DNA of 64,000 nt from Basidiobolus meristosporus CBS 931.73. Taxonomy: Eukaryota; Fungi; Basidiobolomycota. The position numbers were made by a program, and so were the translations under genes. Under the pieces are notes generated by a model. That model saw only the letters and a list, made by a program, of their open reading frames with translations. It searched no databases and had not been told where the DNA came from. Of this stretch, positions 35,651 to 48,627 are shown in pieces (positions within the stretch are counted from its first letter, which is position 1; every line of letters begins with the position of its first letter). The stretch covers positions 1 through 64,000 of the forward strand of contig MCFE01000334.1 of NCBI GenBank assembly GCA_002104905.1, written 5' to 3'.

Positions 35651-38600
35651 TATTACAATATTCTAAGTAGTATTGGAAGTTATGTGGAGAACCAAAGGAT
35701 TTACAAGTCATACACTTTTAGATTCATGGATCAAAGTATAGTATCAATACTTTTGATAAAGTAAAGCAAACAAACATGTAGAGTCTGCTAAGGAGGGTCC
35801 CAAGAATATGTGTGCAAAGGCTGGGGGCATTTTGACAACTTTGAGAAAGATCCTGTTCTGGGAACCTGATAATTTGATGAGAATATTCCAAGCAAATCCC
35901 AACAAGAAATTTGGTCAGGAAAGAGTGCTAATCAGAGAACAAAATCTAGTTGACTAAGCTAACATGAATATTTAGGTGACAACTCAATAATAACAACACT
36001 CGCACTTAACAAAATATTCATGAGTAATAAATTCATATTGAGAGTGTGCAATTTGTAATAAGCCTATAAGATTTAACTGTGCTGCATACTGGACTAGTAT
36101 ATTACTCAACAATATATGCATTATTGACCAACTTAATCACACAAGAAACTTGTAACTCAATGTTCATATCTACTTGATAGTATGCCTAAAAATACAAATG
36201 ATCTAATCCAAATACTAATCATTAGCTTTGATCAATTGCACAGGCTTAAATAATGCTCTACATCTAGGTGTCAGATTGTTACAGTGATATATAGCCTCTA
36301 GGCTATTCAATACTTCTTATTTGAGCAAAAATGACCCACATGTGGTCAAGTTGAAGTTTAGTCATTTACAGCAGATCTGGAGTTTCATTATTTCCAGGAA
36401 AAAGTCCAATTCATTTAGACAACTTCACTTTATGTCTATATTAGGCTTGGTGACAGTTACTCCCATCACATAGACTCTATATGAGGTAAAAGAGATGACC
36501 TATATTGGGCCAAGCTGAGGTTTTGTCATTTAGGCCTGATCCAGATAATCCTCATTTCCTGGCAATACAGCACATACAACATGGCCAAAAATTAAAGGTT
36601 TTTGCTCAGCTCTACACTCAGATGGCCTGCTCCCACTCAAATCATTTCAGTTTAGTGACTTGTATCCACAAAAATGAATTAGAGTTGTCATCTTTGTCCT
36701 CCTTGGGCAGCATTAACTTTCTTTTGATTGATTTCTTCATATATAATTGATTCAAAGTCTATTTGCTTCTTGATTTACCCAGTTTGGTATCTGAAACTAC
36801 CATAGATTGTTTAGTAGCTACCTTTAGAGTGCTTCTACAGATTTAGATTGATACAGCTGCTTTTGTCTTTTCAGAATTTACTTGTAGAGTAGATATTGGT
36901 GCTTTTCCAGAAGTGAGATTCTCTTTAACAAGGGCTTTGATTATCTCTATTCACCCAATAATTATTTTCAGCCTTGTTCTTGGTTTGCAATACTATCTGA
37001 TCTTCTTGGTGTATTCAGAATCCATAACAACTGTCTGGTTGATCCTTGCACCTTTTTCTTCCAGCTCCATAGACAGCACAAATTAAGACTTCTCTATTAA
37101 ATAATCTGCACCAATATAATATAATATATATATAAAGTTCCAAGGCTCTTCTGGGGTTTCTGGCATGAGAGCTTTGTAAAAGAGACTTCATGGACCATCC
37201 CTGCACTATCAGATAGTCCAAATATAGGCTCCATATGCTTTGGCTCCATCTTGAAAGTACCCTAACTTGTGGTAGTAGTATTTTCCCATTTTTCTTCTTT
37301 TTCTTTTTCTGCTGATGATCCATGGGAGATTCCTTTTGTGGGATGGTTTTGGACCTCTTTACAGGTGGGACCATGGTGTGTATGAGCATAGAAGACCTCA
37401 TGACATCATTTATGCAGAATATTTGACTATTGCAGAGTGATATAGTCAAAATTGGCATCCACTTAGATCAATCATAACATCTGTTAGAGTTGACCAAATT
37501 TGATTAAATAAGCAGCATTTGAAAGCTAGTATCATCAGTGCTTTGGTATCCCACTACAGTATATCAGCATCTTGAGTTGCAGAGTTTGACAGTGACTTGA
37601 TCAATCACAGTTCTTCTGGTCTGATTCAGAAAATCTAATGTCATCAATATTTTCTCCCTCTGTAATGAGTGATATATATAACAAATATACATACTATGCT
37701 ATCTTCTGAGTAGCTCTTAGCTGTGTACTGTCCAACTGTTGCTTGATTGTATACTTCAATCAGGCTTGCAATCATTTGCTTCACTATTTCTGGCTGAAAG
37801 GAAATATTCTTGAGTTAATTTTGCTAAATTTGTATAACACTTTCTCGCACTGTTTTGAGATTTAAGCAGAGTGATAAAACATCTAACAGCTCTATATTTA
37901 GCTCCGGGTATATTGGCTTCAGATTCAAGGTACTTGATGCAAATATTTCATTCTTCCATTGGATGGTGTAGTACATATCCATACTACTGGGAATTTATAT
38001 GTATTATATATCATTAGGATCCTTACAATCCAAGGAGCTTATTTCTGAGATTTTTTTTCTATCAATAGGTAGTCCATAATGGTGGCTAACAGCTCCAGTA
38101 GTTGCAGTCTCAGCCTTATTTTGAGTGGGAACAGGTTTGGTAAAATCTTCCTCCGGCAATCATTCAATAATGATCTATTTTTTTTACAATTCAGGATAAT
38201 ATAACAATATATTTCATGGTAGATCTGGACCCTCAATTGCTTGATTACGCAATGTTCTTCAGTAGTGGTATAGTACCAACCTATTATATTCCTTGACATA
38301 TGTACATGAAGGCTTGATAGACTCTCCTTCATATATAGCTTGAGTAGTTACTGAATGAGTCTTTTGATGGTAAGGCCTTCTTTTCCACAACAATATTCTC
38401 ATGAGCATATTGTTGTAAGAGTTTGTAATTCCACCTAAATATTCACCTAACTTTGTCACTTAGATTGCTACCTCCAAATCCTAGAGAATACTGACCAAAA
38501 TTCTTGTTGGGATTTACTTAGAATATGATCAATGGAATATCAGGTACCCAGAACATGAAAATTCTCAAAGTTGTTCAAACAGCCCCAAACTTTGCACACA

Positions 38601-41600
38601 TGCTCTTGGGACCTTCCTAAGCCTACTCTACATGTCTTTTATGTCAAGACCATCTGGAAGTATAAATACCACTTTTACATTCAGCAAGTCCTTAATTGAA
38701 ACCACATAATCTACTTGTTCTCCCAATCACTTCCAATATCTCCAAGACTCTGACAACAGGTTATGAGCCCCATGCTGTCCCACTCAGCAATGTCTACCAC
38801 AGCCATTACTGGAACCTTTCCCTCAGCTGAAAAGCTGGATGGATCTAACTACATAGTGTGGAAGGTGAAGATGAAGGTGATACTACAAGAAAGAGGCCTT
38901 TGGGATATTGTCATGGGAGAAGAATGCCATCCTAAAAATATGGGAGAGGAATCCTTAAAGTATCAGAAGATAGAACAAAGTGCCTTTAACTGTATTTGCC
39001 ATAATGTCAACAACAAGTTGCTAATTCAATGCTCAAGAGCAAGAACAGCAAAGAATGCCTGGAAGTAATTAGAAGACACCTACTGGTCATGTTCAGCTGC
39101 CAAGAGAAAGTATTGTAGACACAAATTATTTACTACAAAGATGCTGCCAGGAGAAGAAAGGAAAAATCTGATCAATAGAACTACACTGCTGGCGGATGAG
39201 ATGGAATCTGTGGGTGCACCAACTACTGATGAGGAGGTGATAGTAACCATCCTGAATAGCCTGACAGACAAGCTTAAGGATATTGTATCAGCCTTAGAGT
39301 CCAGAACTAAAGATTTGACCTTAAATTATGTATATGGAAGGCTCCTGAATGAAGAATTAAGAAAATCAAGCGCTAATTAGAAGGAAGAAGAAAATTCTTT
39401 AATAAGCATTGATTACCAACAAAGAAGATACCCAATACCTTTTAAAGGCAATAGCAACCTGTTCTGCAACTACTGCAAAGTGAAAGGACATACCTCAGAC
39501 CAGTGCTTCAAAAAGAGAGATACTTAGCAGAAAAAGCCTGAATATGGAAATGCTGCAACAACTGAAGATAGACTTTTCAAATCTGCACTAAGTATGATCA
39601 CAAACAAGGATTCTCAGACGTGTTACATTAACTCTGGAGCATCTAAGCACCTTACAGACCAAAAGGCACTTTTCACCAAATATCAAGAAACTCCAATTAA
39701 GTTGGTTTTCATGGGTGACAATAGAACACTTGATGCAGTGGGAGGAGGAACTACCCAAGTTAACCTTAGAAGCAGTAAAGAAAATCATACACTGCCCTTT
39801 AAAGAAGTACTCTTTATACCAGAAATAGCCATGAACCTACTAGCTATAAGCAAGGCCATAGCAGAAGGTCTCAGCTTTAGCTTTGTCAATTCTGGATGCA
39901 GGATCACTGCTCAAAATGGTGCCCATATTGCTTTGGGTATCAGAGATCATAATCTGTATAAGTTGACTTATATTCCATCATATCAGGAAGCCAATATAAG
40001 TAACTTAAATCAGAAACATCAATGCTTTGACACAGGAGATTTGGACACATCAATTTTGATTATATGTGCAAAATGATCAAATCTCAACTGATTTCTGGTG
40101 TTAAAATTGATCCACCAGCTAATTGAAAGCACTGTGCAGCCTGCATATATGGGATACAAGCCAGAAAACTGTTCAAGAGCTCTGGGTTAATTAAAACTAA
40201 GAAAAAATTAGATCTAGCTCACTCAGATCTGTGTTGACCCATGCAAGATTATTTGTTAAGTGGGATGAAGTATTTAATCACCATTATTGATGATATACAA
40301 AATACATGTGGGTGTACTTCATGGAGAGAAAGGAAGATGCTCTGTCTAAGCTCAGGCAGTTTAAAGCCATGGTGGAGAGAGAAACTGGTGAAGAACATCA
40401 AGAAAATATGCTCTGGCAATGGTAGAGAAAACACCTCAAAACTCTTCATCCATTTCTGCAATGTTCATGGGATAAAGCAAGCAACTACTCTACCATACTC
40501 CCTACAGCAAAATGAAGTAGCAGAATGTGCAAACTGATCAATAATTGACATGACAAGATCTATGATCCATGATCCATGATCAAAAATTATCCTATGACTT
40601 TTGGGCAGAATTAGTTGACACAGCAGGTATGCCTTAAGAATAGGTGTTATAACAGAATACTTTGTGATTCTACTCCACTTGAAGCATGGTATGAATACAG
40701 ACAAAGTGCAGAACATCTGAGAATATTTTGGTGTACATTGTATGCCAAGAAACTGCTCAGAAATCAGTCAAAATTTGAGCCAGAAAGTGTAAAATGCATA
40801 TGCTTGGGCTACTGCAGTGAGAGCAAAGCATACAGACTCTACAATGCCAAAGCAAAAAGCTAATCAAGTCCAGGGGTGTGTTGTTTAATGAACATTCTAT
40901 ATACTCACACAAAATGACATCAGTTGATGTCAAAAATCTGATCTCAGGTCCACCAATTGTCAGGATTGAATCAGAGCAAAACTATGAATATTTTATCACT
41001 CTAGAGGACTCTACAGCCACAGTTCAGCCTGAAGCAGTACCCAGGAATATCCCATAAGTGATCATTCCAATATCAAATGCCTGGATATCCAACTGGACTA
41101 GAATTAGCCCAGATTACTATATCAATGAGTGTACAGACTTAACCTATGCCTATTCAGTCCATTTTGATGAAGCCCAGACTGCAAAAGAGGCCCTAAATAT
41201 CCCTCAGACAAAGTTTTGGAGATCTGCAATGACTGAAGAATATCAGACCCTAATGGAGAATCAAATCTGGTACTTAGACAAGTTACTAATCAACCAATAA
41301 TCAATTGGATGCGGATGGGACTTTAAGGCAAAATACATGGCTGATGGTACAATTGAAAGATATACAGCAAGAATTGTGGCCAAAGGATACTCTCAAACAA
41401 AAGGACTTGACTATACTGAGACTTTGCACTGGTAGCCAAGTTTAATTCTGTCAGATTAACATTGGCTATTGCAGCCAAATATAGGTTTTTATTGCATCAA
41501 ATGGATGTAAAAACTGCATTTTTGGAATGAAGAGCTTGCTAAGGGCATCTATATGGACCAGGCTGATGGGTTTGCTGACCAAGATGATCCCCATTTGGTC

Positions 41601-42803
41601 TGCAAGCTTAATAACTGTCTATGTGGACTCAGAAAATCACCAAAAGCCTGGAGTTGCAAGATAGATTCTTATTTGGAATCTTTGAGTTTCAAAAGGAGTA
41701 GTGCTGACTATAGTATATACTATAAGCCAGATAGAGCAAATTCAGCTCTATTAGCTCTATAATTGGATGATCTTTTTATAGCCACCAATAACCACAAAAC
41801 ATTGGTAGCAACTAAATCCAGCCTATCTAAAGAGTTCAGGATGTCTGATCTAGGAGAACTCAGCTACTACTTAGGGATAAAGTTCTTCATAGACAGAAGT
41901 ACCCAGGCTATCACACTAAGCCAATCCAAGTACCAAATGGAAGACTGTAAACCAGCAGCTACCCCAATGGAGACAAACATTAACTTGGTCAAAACGCAAC
42001 TAAATCAAGTGAGCTTGGTGCCATCTGAAAGCCCTGACTTTTCTTTTAATCTGTGGTCTGCAGTCAGATGTATATTATGCTTGGGACATGTCCAGATATC
42101 TTGTATTCAGTGAGAGTTGTCAGCCAGCATATTCAGAACTATGGATCTGATCATATTGCAGCAGTCTAGCAGATTTTTAGATACCTAAAAGGAGCTGCTG
42201 ATATCTGTTTAAAATACACTGATAAATACCACTTTTACATTCAATAAGTCATTAAGTGAAAACCACATAATCTATTTGTTCTCCCAATTGCTTCCAATAT
42301 CCCCAAGACTCTTCCAACACATAGTCCTTTGAGCAGCGGTAGTCATCTTTAACTTTGGCAGAGCAATAGTTCAGAAAGTCATTCTCCAGATGAGCAGAAA
42401 AGGATCCAAGGCAAAGTAGACACCAAGTGGACAGCAAGCTTGGGGCTCATAGCCTGTTGCAATATTCTGAGGAGTATTGGAGGTGATGTGGAGAACTAGA
42501 GGATTTATATGTTATACACATTTAGATTTATTGATCAAAAGTATGGTATTTATACTTTTGATCAAGTAGGGCAAACAAACATGTAGAGTTTCTTAAGGAA
42601 GGTCACAAGAATATGTGTCCAAAGTTTGGGGGCTTTTGGACAACTTTGAGAAAGATCATAATCTAGGTACCTGATAATTTGGTGAAAATATTCCAAGTAA
42701 ATCCCAACAAGAAATTTGGTCAGGACAGAATGCCAATCAGAGAATAAAATCTAGGTGACTAAGTTAGCATGAATATTTAGGTGACAACCTAATAATTACA
42801 ACA
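35651..42803 (-). mobile_element. Copia B, heavily decayed and internally deleted; LTRs 35651-35998 and 42455-42803; TSD TCCAA
   Basis: Paired inverted-orientation LTRs; PBS GGCTATGAGCCC; PPT-like GTTAAGTGCGAG; TCCAA at 35646-35650 and 42804-42808; gag relic KGL..ENIVVE and YQAFMYICQG. Confidence 0.8.
38411..42319 (+). mobile_element. Copia A (innermost): 5' LTR 38411-38758, PBS, gag-pol relics; RNase H and most of the 3' LTR deleted at ~42221
   Basis: PBS GGTTATGAGCCC; KLDGSNYIVWKVKM; CYINSGASKHLT protease; RT motifs; TSD CATAT/CATAG. Removing it restores the copia B frame (KDY-AHEN). Confidence 0.9.
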
Positions 42804-43517
42804 TCCAAGACTCTTCCAACATTGAGAGCATATCACCTGCTTCTTTAGAAGGGAGTTCCCTTGCTATAGCCATATATCAAAGGCCTTTTTCCTGTAGCCG
42901 CATCTTCATTGCAACCCTTGATATATTTGGCAATTGAATCCATTCAACCTTTTGGGGCAGGAAAATCCCAGTAATATCAGTAGTAGACACTCCGGGGAGA
43001 GGCAGCTTGGGGCTTGTAACCTGTTGTGGATTCTTGGAGATACGGAAAGTGGCTGAGAGAGTCAGTAGAATGTGTGGGTTTCACTTGATGACTTGTTGAA
43101 TGCCGAGGGGTGGGATTTTTGTGTTGAAAAGGACTTGGCAAGACCCGCATGTACAATATGCATAGGATAGTGCTGACTATGTGTGAGCAAGGTTTGGGGG
43201 CTTTGGGATAACTTGAGAATTATGGTGTTCTGGGTACTTGACATTTGGTGAGAAGATGCCGAGCAAATCTCAACGGAGAATTTGCGCAGGAAATGGTAAA
43301 GCATGTAAGCTATGGTCCGAGTGACTGGGTCAATGGAGTAATTAGGCGTAGATACAAAATCTGCACGCTTGTTGGGGCTTGATTTTCTGGATTTCTCATC
43401 CGAATCCTAAGCAAATGGATACATGATTTAGTAATCAGTCGACAAAACCCCCAACTGGCGATGTGAAAGATCGCCTCGAGTTGGGAACCGATGGGGAATT
43501 GGTGATACGTCCATGCC

Positions 43518-44487
43518 ATGGATCTTCGGATCAACATGCTGTCCAACGACAGCGATATGGCAACCCAGCGGACCTTGGGTCCACATAGTCCACCTGACCT
43601 CCCAAATACAGCCCACTTCTCCTTCACGGTACGCGCAGTGGGGAAGTTGGCCAGGATCGCATCCCGCTGGTGGGGAAGCTTGGAAAAGGTCGTGGCTGGT
43701 CGTGGTGGAGTTCGGGGATGCCTACCCCTTCCACCCTCTTACTCGACCATCTACGCCAGAACGATTCCACCGGAACTGCCCCTTCTTGATTACCCAACAA
43801 GCCCATCTCCATATAAAGCCAGAGCGCCCACCCACCCACCAACTCCGGTGAGGCCCCGATCTCGCCCCCTCCCCCTCCAGTCAGCTCCGACGGGACCCAA
43901 CCCATATCCACACCCATTCCAGCTGCCCGGTATATCCGTACCGAGGCGGATCCACGGTGGATGAGGGGCCGGGATGTCCCCTACGCGTCGCCGATCCTTC
44001 TCGTCTGGAAATGGGTTTCCTTGTGGGGAGGCAACGTGTCGGCCGATTCGAGCTCTCCTCCGGGTCTGGGACGCACCCACGGAAACCTGGTGGACGAGGC
44101 CGAAGGGGAAGGGGATTCGCGACGTTCGAATCATCCCCGGACTCCATGGAATTCCCAAAACCGGACCCGGTTGGGGGGGGCCACGCCGTGGGTCATTTCT
44201 CCCGGATGATTCCACCAGCGCCATGGATGCCACGCGTTCCAGGAATGGCGGGAATGGGGGGATCCAGAACTTCCACAACTTCCTTCGAAAGAAGACCAGG
44301 GATCGCATCTCCCTCGCATCCCTGTCCCACCGCTCGCGGAGAGATCTTTTCTCAACGGGATCACCGCCCGGAGATCGGGGTGTTCGTCGCGCAAGTGTGC
44401 GCACACCCACGTCCGCCCAAGAGTCGTGGTGGAAAATGGGGAGGGGGGAATAGGCGGTGGTTTGAGATTGAATACAAGTGCTCGTGA
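43518..44487 (+). other. GC-rich coding-like segment of unknown product, possibly a gene 3' fragment
   Basis: Overlapping long ORFs with Pro/Ser-rich, protein-like stretches (LPLPPSYSTIY; RRSFSSG; RRASVRTP); ends at an AT-rich spacer shared with the convergent CHS4 gene. Confidence 0.3.
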
Positions 44488-44656
44488 TGCGATTTATTGG
44501 GTGAAAAAGATACCGTTCAAAAAGTCAAGGAACCTCGGCTATATATTTATATATTTAACATAGGATTGCAGGTAATGCTACAGTTGGGATGGTGAGGTGG
44601 TTACCCGGTGGAACGACTGGCTCGTTCCCCGGGATGTGGATGCGCCCCCTTCGGCA

Positions 44657-46883
44657 TCAAGAGATGATACAGTCGCTGCGTTCCCGCTTCTGCTTCCGCT
44701 TAAGTGTTTCGAATTCCCCTTTCGTGGGCGCGTTGGTAGAGCCACCCTCCAATCTCCGTTGGGCTTCTAGACTACCATGGGCGGCCGCTTTGACGTACCA
44801 TTCGTTGGCAAGTTGGGGGTCGGCGGGAACTCCCACGCCGATCTCGTAATAGTATCCCATGGCAAATTCGGCCTTGGGTAAGCCCTTGGAGGTGGCTTGG
44901 AAACACCAGCTGTAAGCAAGGTCGTCGTTCTGCTCCAGGATCCCTTCCGCACCGCTTGCATACCATCCACTCAGCCCCATTTGGCATTCGGGGTCTCCTT
45001 TCTCTGCCCCTTCTCGATAGTAGGTGATGGATTTACTTGGGTCTGAGGGGAACCCAAGCTCGTTAAACTCGTAGCAAGCGCCAAGTCGATGGAGGGCAGG
45101 GCTGTATCCCAAGTCGGCGGCTTTGCGGATGTTCTCTTGGGCCATGTCCAGGTCGAAGTGAAGGGAGCTTACGTCGACCAACTTGTAATCCCCAGCAAGG
45201 ATCAGGCCGTACAAATAGGCACCATCCGGGCATTCGCGATCAGCCTCCTTGGCCGCACGCGCCAAATAAAGCATGGCTTGGTTCAGGTTTTGCTTCAGCT
45301 TCATCTCCCCGTGTAGGTAGGCGAGACCTAGTCGATAGTTCGCCGATACACTTCCACCACTCGCTGCTTTCAGGTAGAACTGTACCGCCTTGCTGTACCC
45401 CTTCTTCTTTTCGCAGAAGTAGCCCACTTTGAAGGTGGATTTGATGAACCCGAGCTTGGAGGAACTCTTGTAGAGTGCAAGCGCTTTGTCCAGATTTTGA
45501 GGGAATCCGTACATCCCGTTCTCCAACCAGGTCGCGTAAATGTACATGGCTTCGGGCTGACCGGATTTCTGTAACCTCTTGATCCAGAAGATCGCCTCGT
45601 CCAGTAACTTTTTAAGCGAAGGGTTTCCGTCTTTACCGTTGGGATCCCCGAATGTCGTGGAAGAGAAGATCAAATACTTGGCGAATTCCAATTGAATCCT
45701 CGGGTCGTTGGTTTTTTTGGCCGTTTCACGGTACATCCCCAGGGCCGACTCTTCATTGACCAGGGTTAGTGAGGCCCGATGGTTTGTGACCCGTTTCAGC
45801 CCGTCTCCGGGGCCTGGAAGCTGTAGTAGAGTCGCACAACTGTTTCGATTCGCTCTACCTGGACTCAGGTCCCTTGGACGAAGCTCAACAATCGAGGTTG
45901 GTCTTAGGGATGACTGGTCGGAATTAACTGTAGAGGCGCGCAGGGAATCACATTCATCAGAGGAGTACGAGTCCAACGAGTCAATCGAACGGCGCTTAGC
46001 CACTGGTAAATTATTTACAGAAGAATCTGAATGGCTGTAGCGATAGTTAGCGTTAGAATGCGACGTTTGGGAAGATTCGCCGTTGCTATACGAAGCATCC
46101 GAATTGTATCCTCGATTTGTGGGATTATCTAGGTGGGTATCAGAGTGTCCATGATGCGTATATGGACTGAGGTTGTTGCTTTTAGGTATGGACTCGGTAC
46201 TGGACGACATCCCCGACACTTGGAGCTTATTTTTCAGATCTTTCTCTATGTCCTCGCTAGAACTACACGAAAGGGACCCGTAGGTAGAATCTCGAACTCC
46301 TGTGTGACCGCTTGCTTGGCCCTCATACCTCGATATCGGAGAGCTTGGCAAATCAGAAAGTGGAGTTGACGCGGATGAGGTTAGGCTGTCAGGAGAAAGT
46401 GTCGATGGGCTGGTTGAGTGAGGAATGTGTAGTCGTGGGGGTGGGTATACCGCCCCGGGGGCGGTTCGTGGAGGCGGGTAGGCAGGTCTTGCTAAAAAAG
46501 TGAAGCAGAAGGTGAGATGGAGGAAGCCATATCATGATAGTGTAGGTAAAACTACCTGTAGGTGATACGGAGTGGGGATTTACAGGCGCAAGGTTGGGGG
46601 GAAGTCCATAACTGTAGTAGAGCTGTGGGTACCCTTGTGGACGAGGAGGATATGTAGGGCTGCCTGGCTGCTGTGTGGGAGAATATGGAGATTTGCCATG
46701 AAGAGGTCTTGGGCCCATAGGAGGGCTTGAATGGTGTGAGTTAGTGGGGAGCTCGTGAGATTCTGTACTGGACTTTGGTTCGTTTAGGTGGCCTTTCAAG
46801 GGATATGGTCTTGGGCCCAGTGGTTTTTTGGATTTGTCGACCGCTTGGTCGTTTGCTGAGTGCATATTCTCGGACGATAACAT
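44657..46883 (-). CDS. CHS4: Sel1-repeat chitin synthase activator (Chs4/Skt5 family), ~720 aa, 2 exons (46883-46556, 46491-44657)
   Basis: Multiple SEL1 repeats; RIQLEFAKYLI and EAIFWIKRL; C-terminal CaaX motif CIIS. A 64-nt GT..AG intron (46555-46492) joins the two ORFs in frame. Start codon is tentative. Confidence 0.88.
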
Positions 46884-48088
46884 CTTCAACGTCAATCAAG
46901 CACTAGGTGATAATCAAGTAGTCGTCCGTGGAGAAAGACAAGGTGGAGCTTGCGGTAGTGCTTAAGGGAATATTACGAATGTTTGCAGCGGTTATAGTTT
47001 ATGTTTATATGCTTGCGACCAGTGCTGCAATGAGGGGATATGCCTTTCTTTAAAGAGCTCCGAAATGAACGAGGCTGAGTCCTGAAAGACTAGATTAGGT
47101 CTTACCTTCCATATATGGTTTGAAGAGAAATTTTAATTCCAATTAAGATGTCAGATTTGATTGGCAGCACAGCCCACTTCCACTGATATACAATCACAGG
47201 CAGGAAGCCAATGAGCGATGATTTGTAGAGGAGCAAAAAACTCAATAATAGTAACATTAAAGTGTATTAATTCTTCCTAGCAAGGATAGAACGCGCTCGA
47301 TCTACCGTCTCACCCAGAAAAACCATCCAGCGGGCTAGTTAACAAGGGATCAGGGGATGATGCCAAGCGCAATAGACGGGCTGGTTCTAATCGTTTATCT
47401 CGGCATCGAAGTGATGTAGTGCGACTTCGGCAGCCTTTACTTGATCTTAATAAGTTTAGCTGCTGTGTAACGGAACCGTCCTATTGCGTCAAGATCAAGG
47501 ACCGTGGATGCTCAGAAAAACAGTGAGCTCTCATTAAAACGAAGCACGTCATTCCAGCTGCATATATTACTTGGAATGAACAGTCAGTAGATTACGAAAA
47601 TCGTGATTGTTGTGGCTGGTTTGCATCAGGGTCATGTTTACTTCATCGCACAGGTTGTTTTCCGCTCGGGCTCTAAATAGATTCCTTGGCGTTCACTGGC
47701 TACCAATTCTCGCCGCACGTGATACTCATTGGGGATCATCCCCGAAGTGTACACGTATCCTAGGGTCAGCAGCTACTCAACAACCAGCAGGAGAACACCA
47801 GATACCACACAGTTACAAATGCCACCACCGTCTGTGGAGGGCTCCAGGGAGCCATCGGCCTGAACACACACTTGTCAAGCTTTCCACACCCCGGGCATTT
47901 GGGCTACTTGGCTAATCGACCAGATGGATAATTCGCCTCCAGCGTATGTCATACCCTCGCATCGCTACGCTTGCATATGTTAGATGAGCGCAGATTGGGT
48001 TGAACAATGGTTGATGTGCGGCACTCATACGATCCTGGCTGGTGTTCACGATACTCCTCGGTCAGAGGAGATCCGAAAACGAAGCAAT

Positions 48089-48627
48089 TTATTGGTTGAT
48101 CTGATCAATGTCATTCATATTTACATAGTTCCGTTGATTTTCAAAGCAAAACAGTCGCTTCTTGATATCTGGGTAATCAACAACATCGGCATTTAATCTG
48201 GTTCCGGACACGAGATACACGAGATCCTCGTCAAACGGATTCGTCAGGGTATGTGGCGCACTGGTTTGTGAAAATCCCATAAAGTCGCCTAATGGTGGAG
48301 TTAGGAGATTACCGCCGGGTGTCATGGTAGAGGTATCTTACCTGGCCCAACTTCGCTCACTTGCGAGCCGATTCGTGCTCTCCCTCTCCCAGATATGACG
48401 AAGAGGAACTCTTCAACCATATGATGAGTATGGTATGTGGTAGATTCGTCGCCAGGCTTGAGTGTAACATGGTGAACGCCCAGGGTTGTCATTCCCACCA
48501 TATCGCCAAGTGATACGGTATGGCGAACGGCCTCCGAATTTAGCGGATGGACACGCTTCGTTTTCTCCAGCTGGGCTATCTCGGAGGCTTTTAGCAAGCA
48601 GGTGTGCTGCGCGGAACTCTCACTCAT
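48089..48627 (-). CDS. Cupin_2-type protein (161 aa), 2 exons (48627-48342, 48288-48089)
   Basis: H-T-H...EE-F..ISG and GPGDFMGF...PH.L.N....L.YL motifs; 53-nt intron GTAAGA...CTAAC...TAG in phase 1. Confidence 0.88.

Larger units (their letters stand above)
34582..42821 (+). mobile_element. Copia C, 5'-truncated: RNase H ~34930-35304, PPT, 3' LTR split into 35316-35650 and 42804-42821
   Basis: VEYMAACEAIKEGMWL; HAKTKHTDIRHHFI; CSTDEMIANIVTKP; GAGTGGGAG PPT. The LTR resumes as TCCAAGACTCTTCCAACA after copia B. Confidence 0.75.
33893..43359 (-). mobile_element. Copia D (outermost of the nest): 5' LTR ~43022-43359, PBS, gag start ~42822-43005, probable gag continuation ~33893-34581
   Basis: PBS GGTTACAAGCCC next to the LTR. 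MKMRLQEKGL ~ KMKVILQERGLW and KLICMKSKSTNDAWKK ~ KLLIQCSRARTAKNAWK. TTGAG at both 34577-34581 and 42822-42826. Confidence 0.6.

Noticed and set aside
47600-47930. TVCGGLQGAIGLNTHL resembling the C-terminal zinc-finger motif of RTE LINEs
   Set aside because: Only one short motif, missing a Cys and the last His, with no supporting RT sequence nearby.
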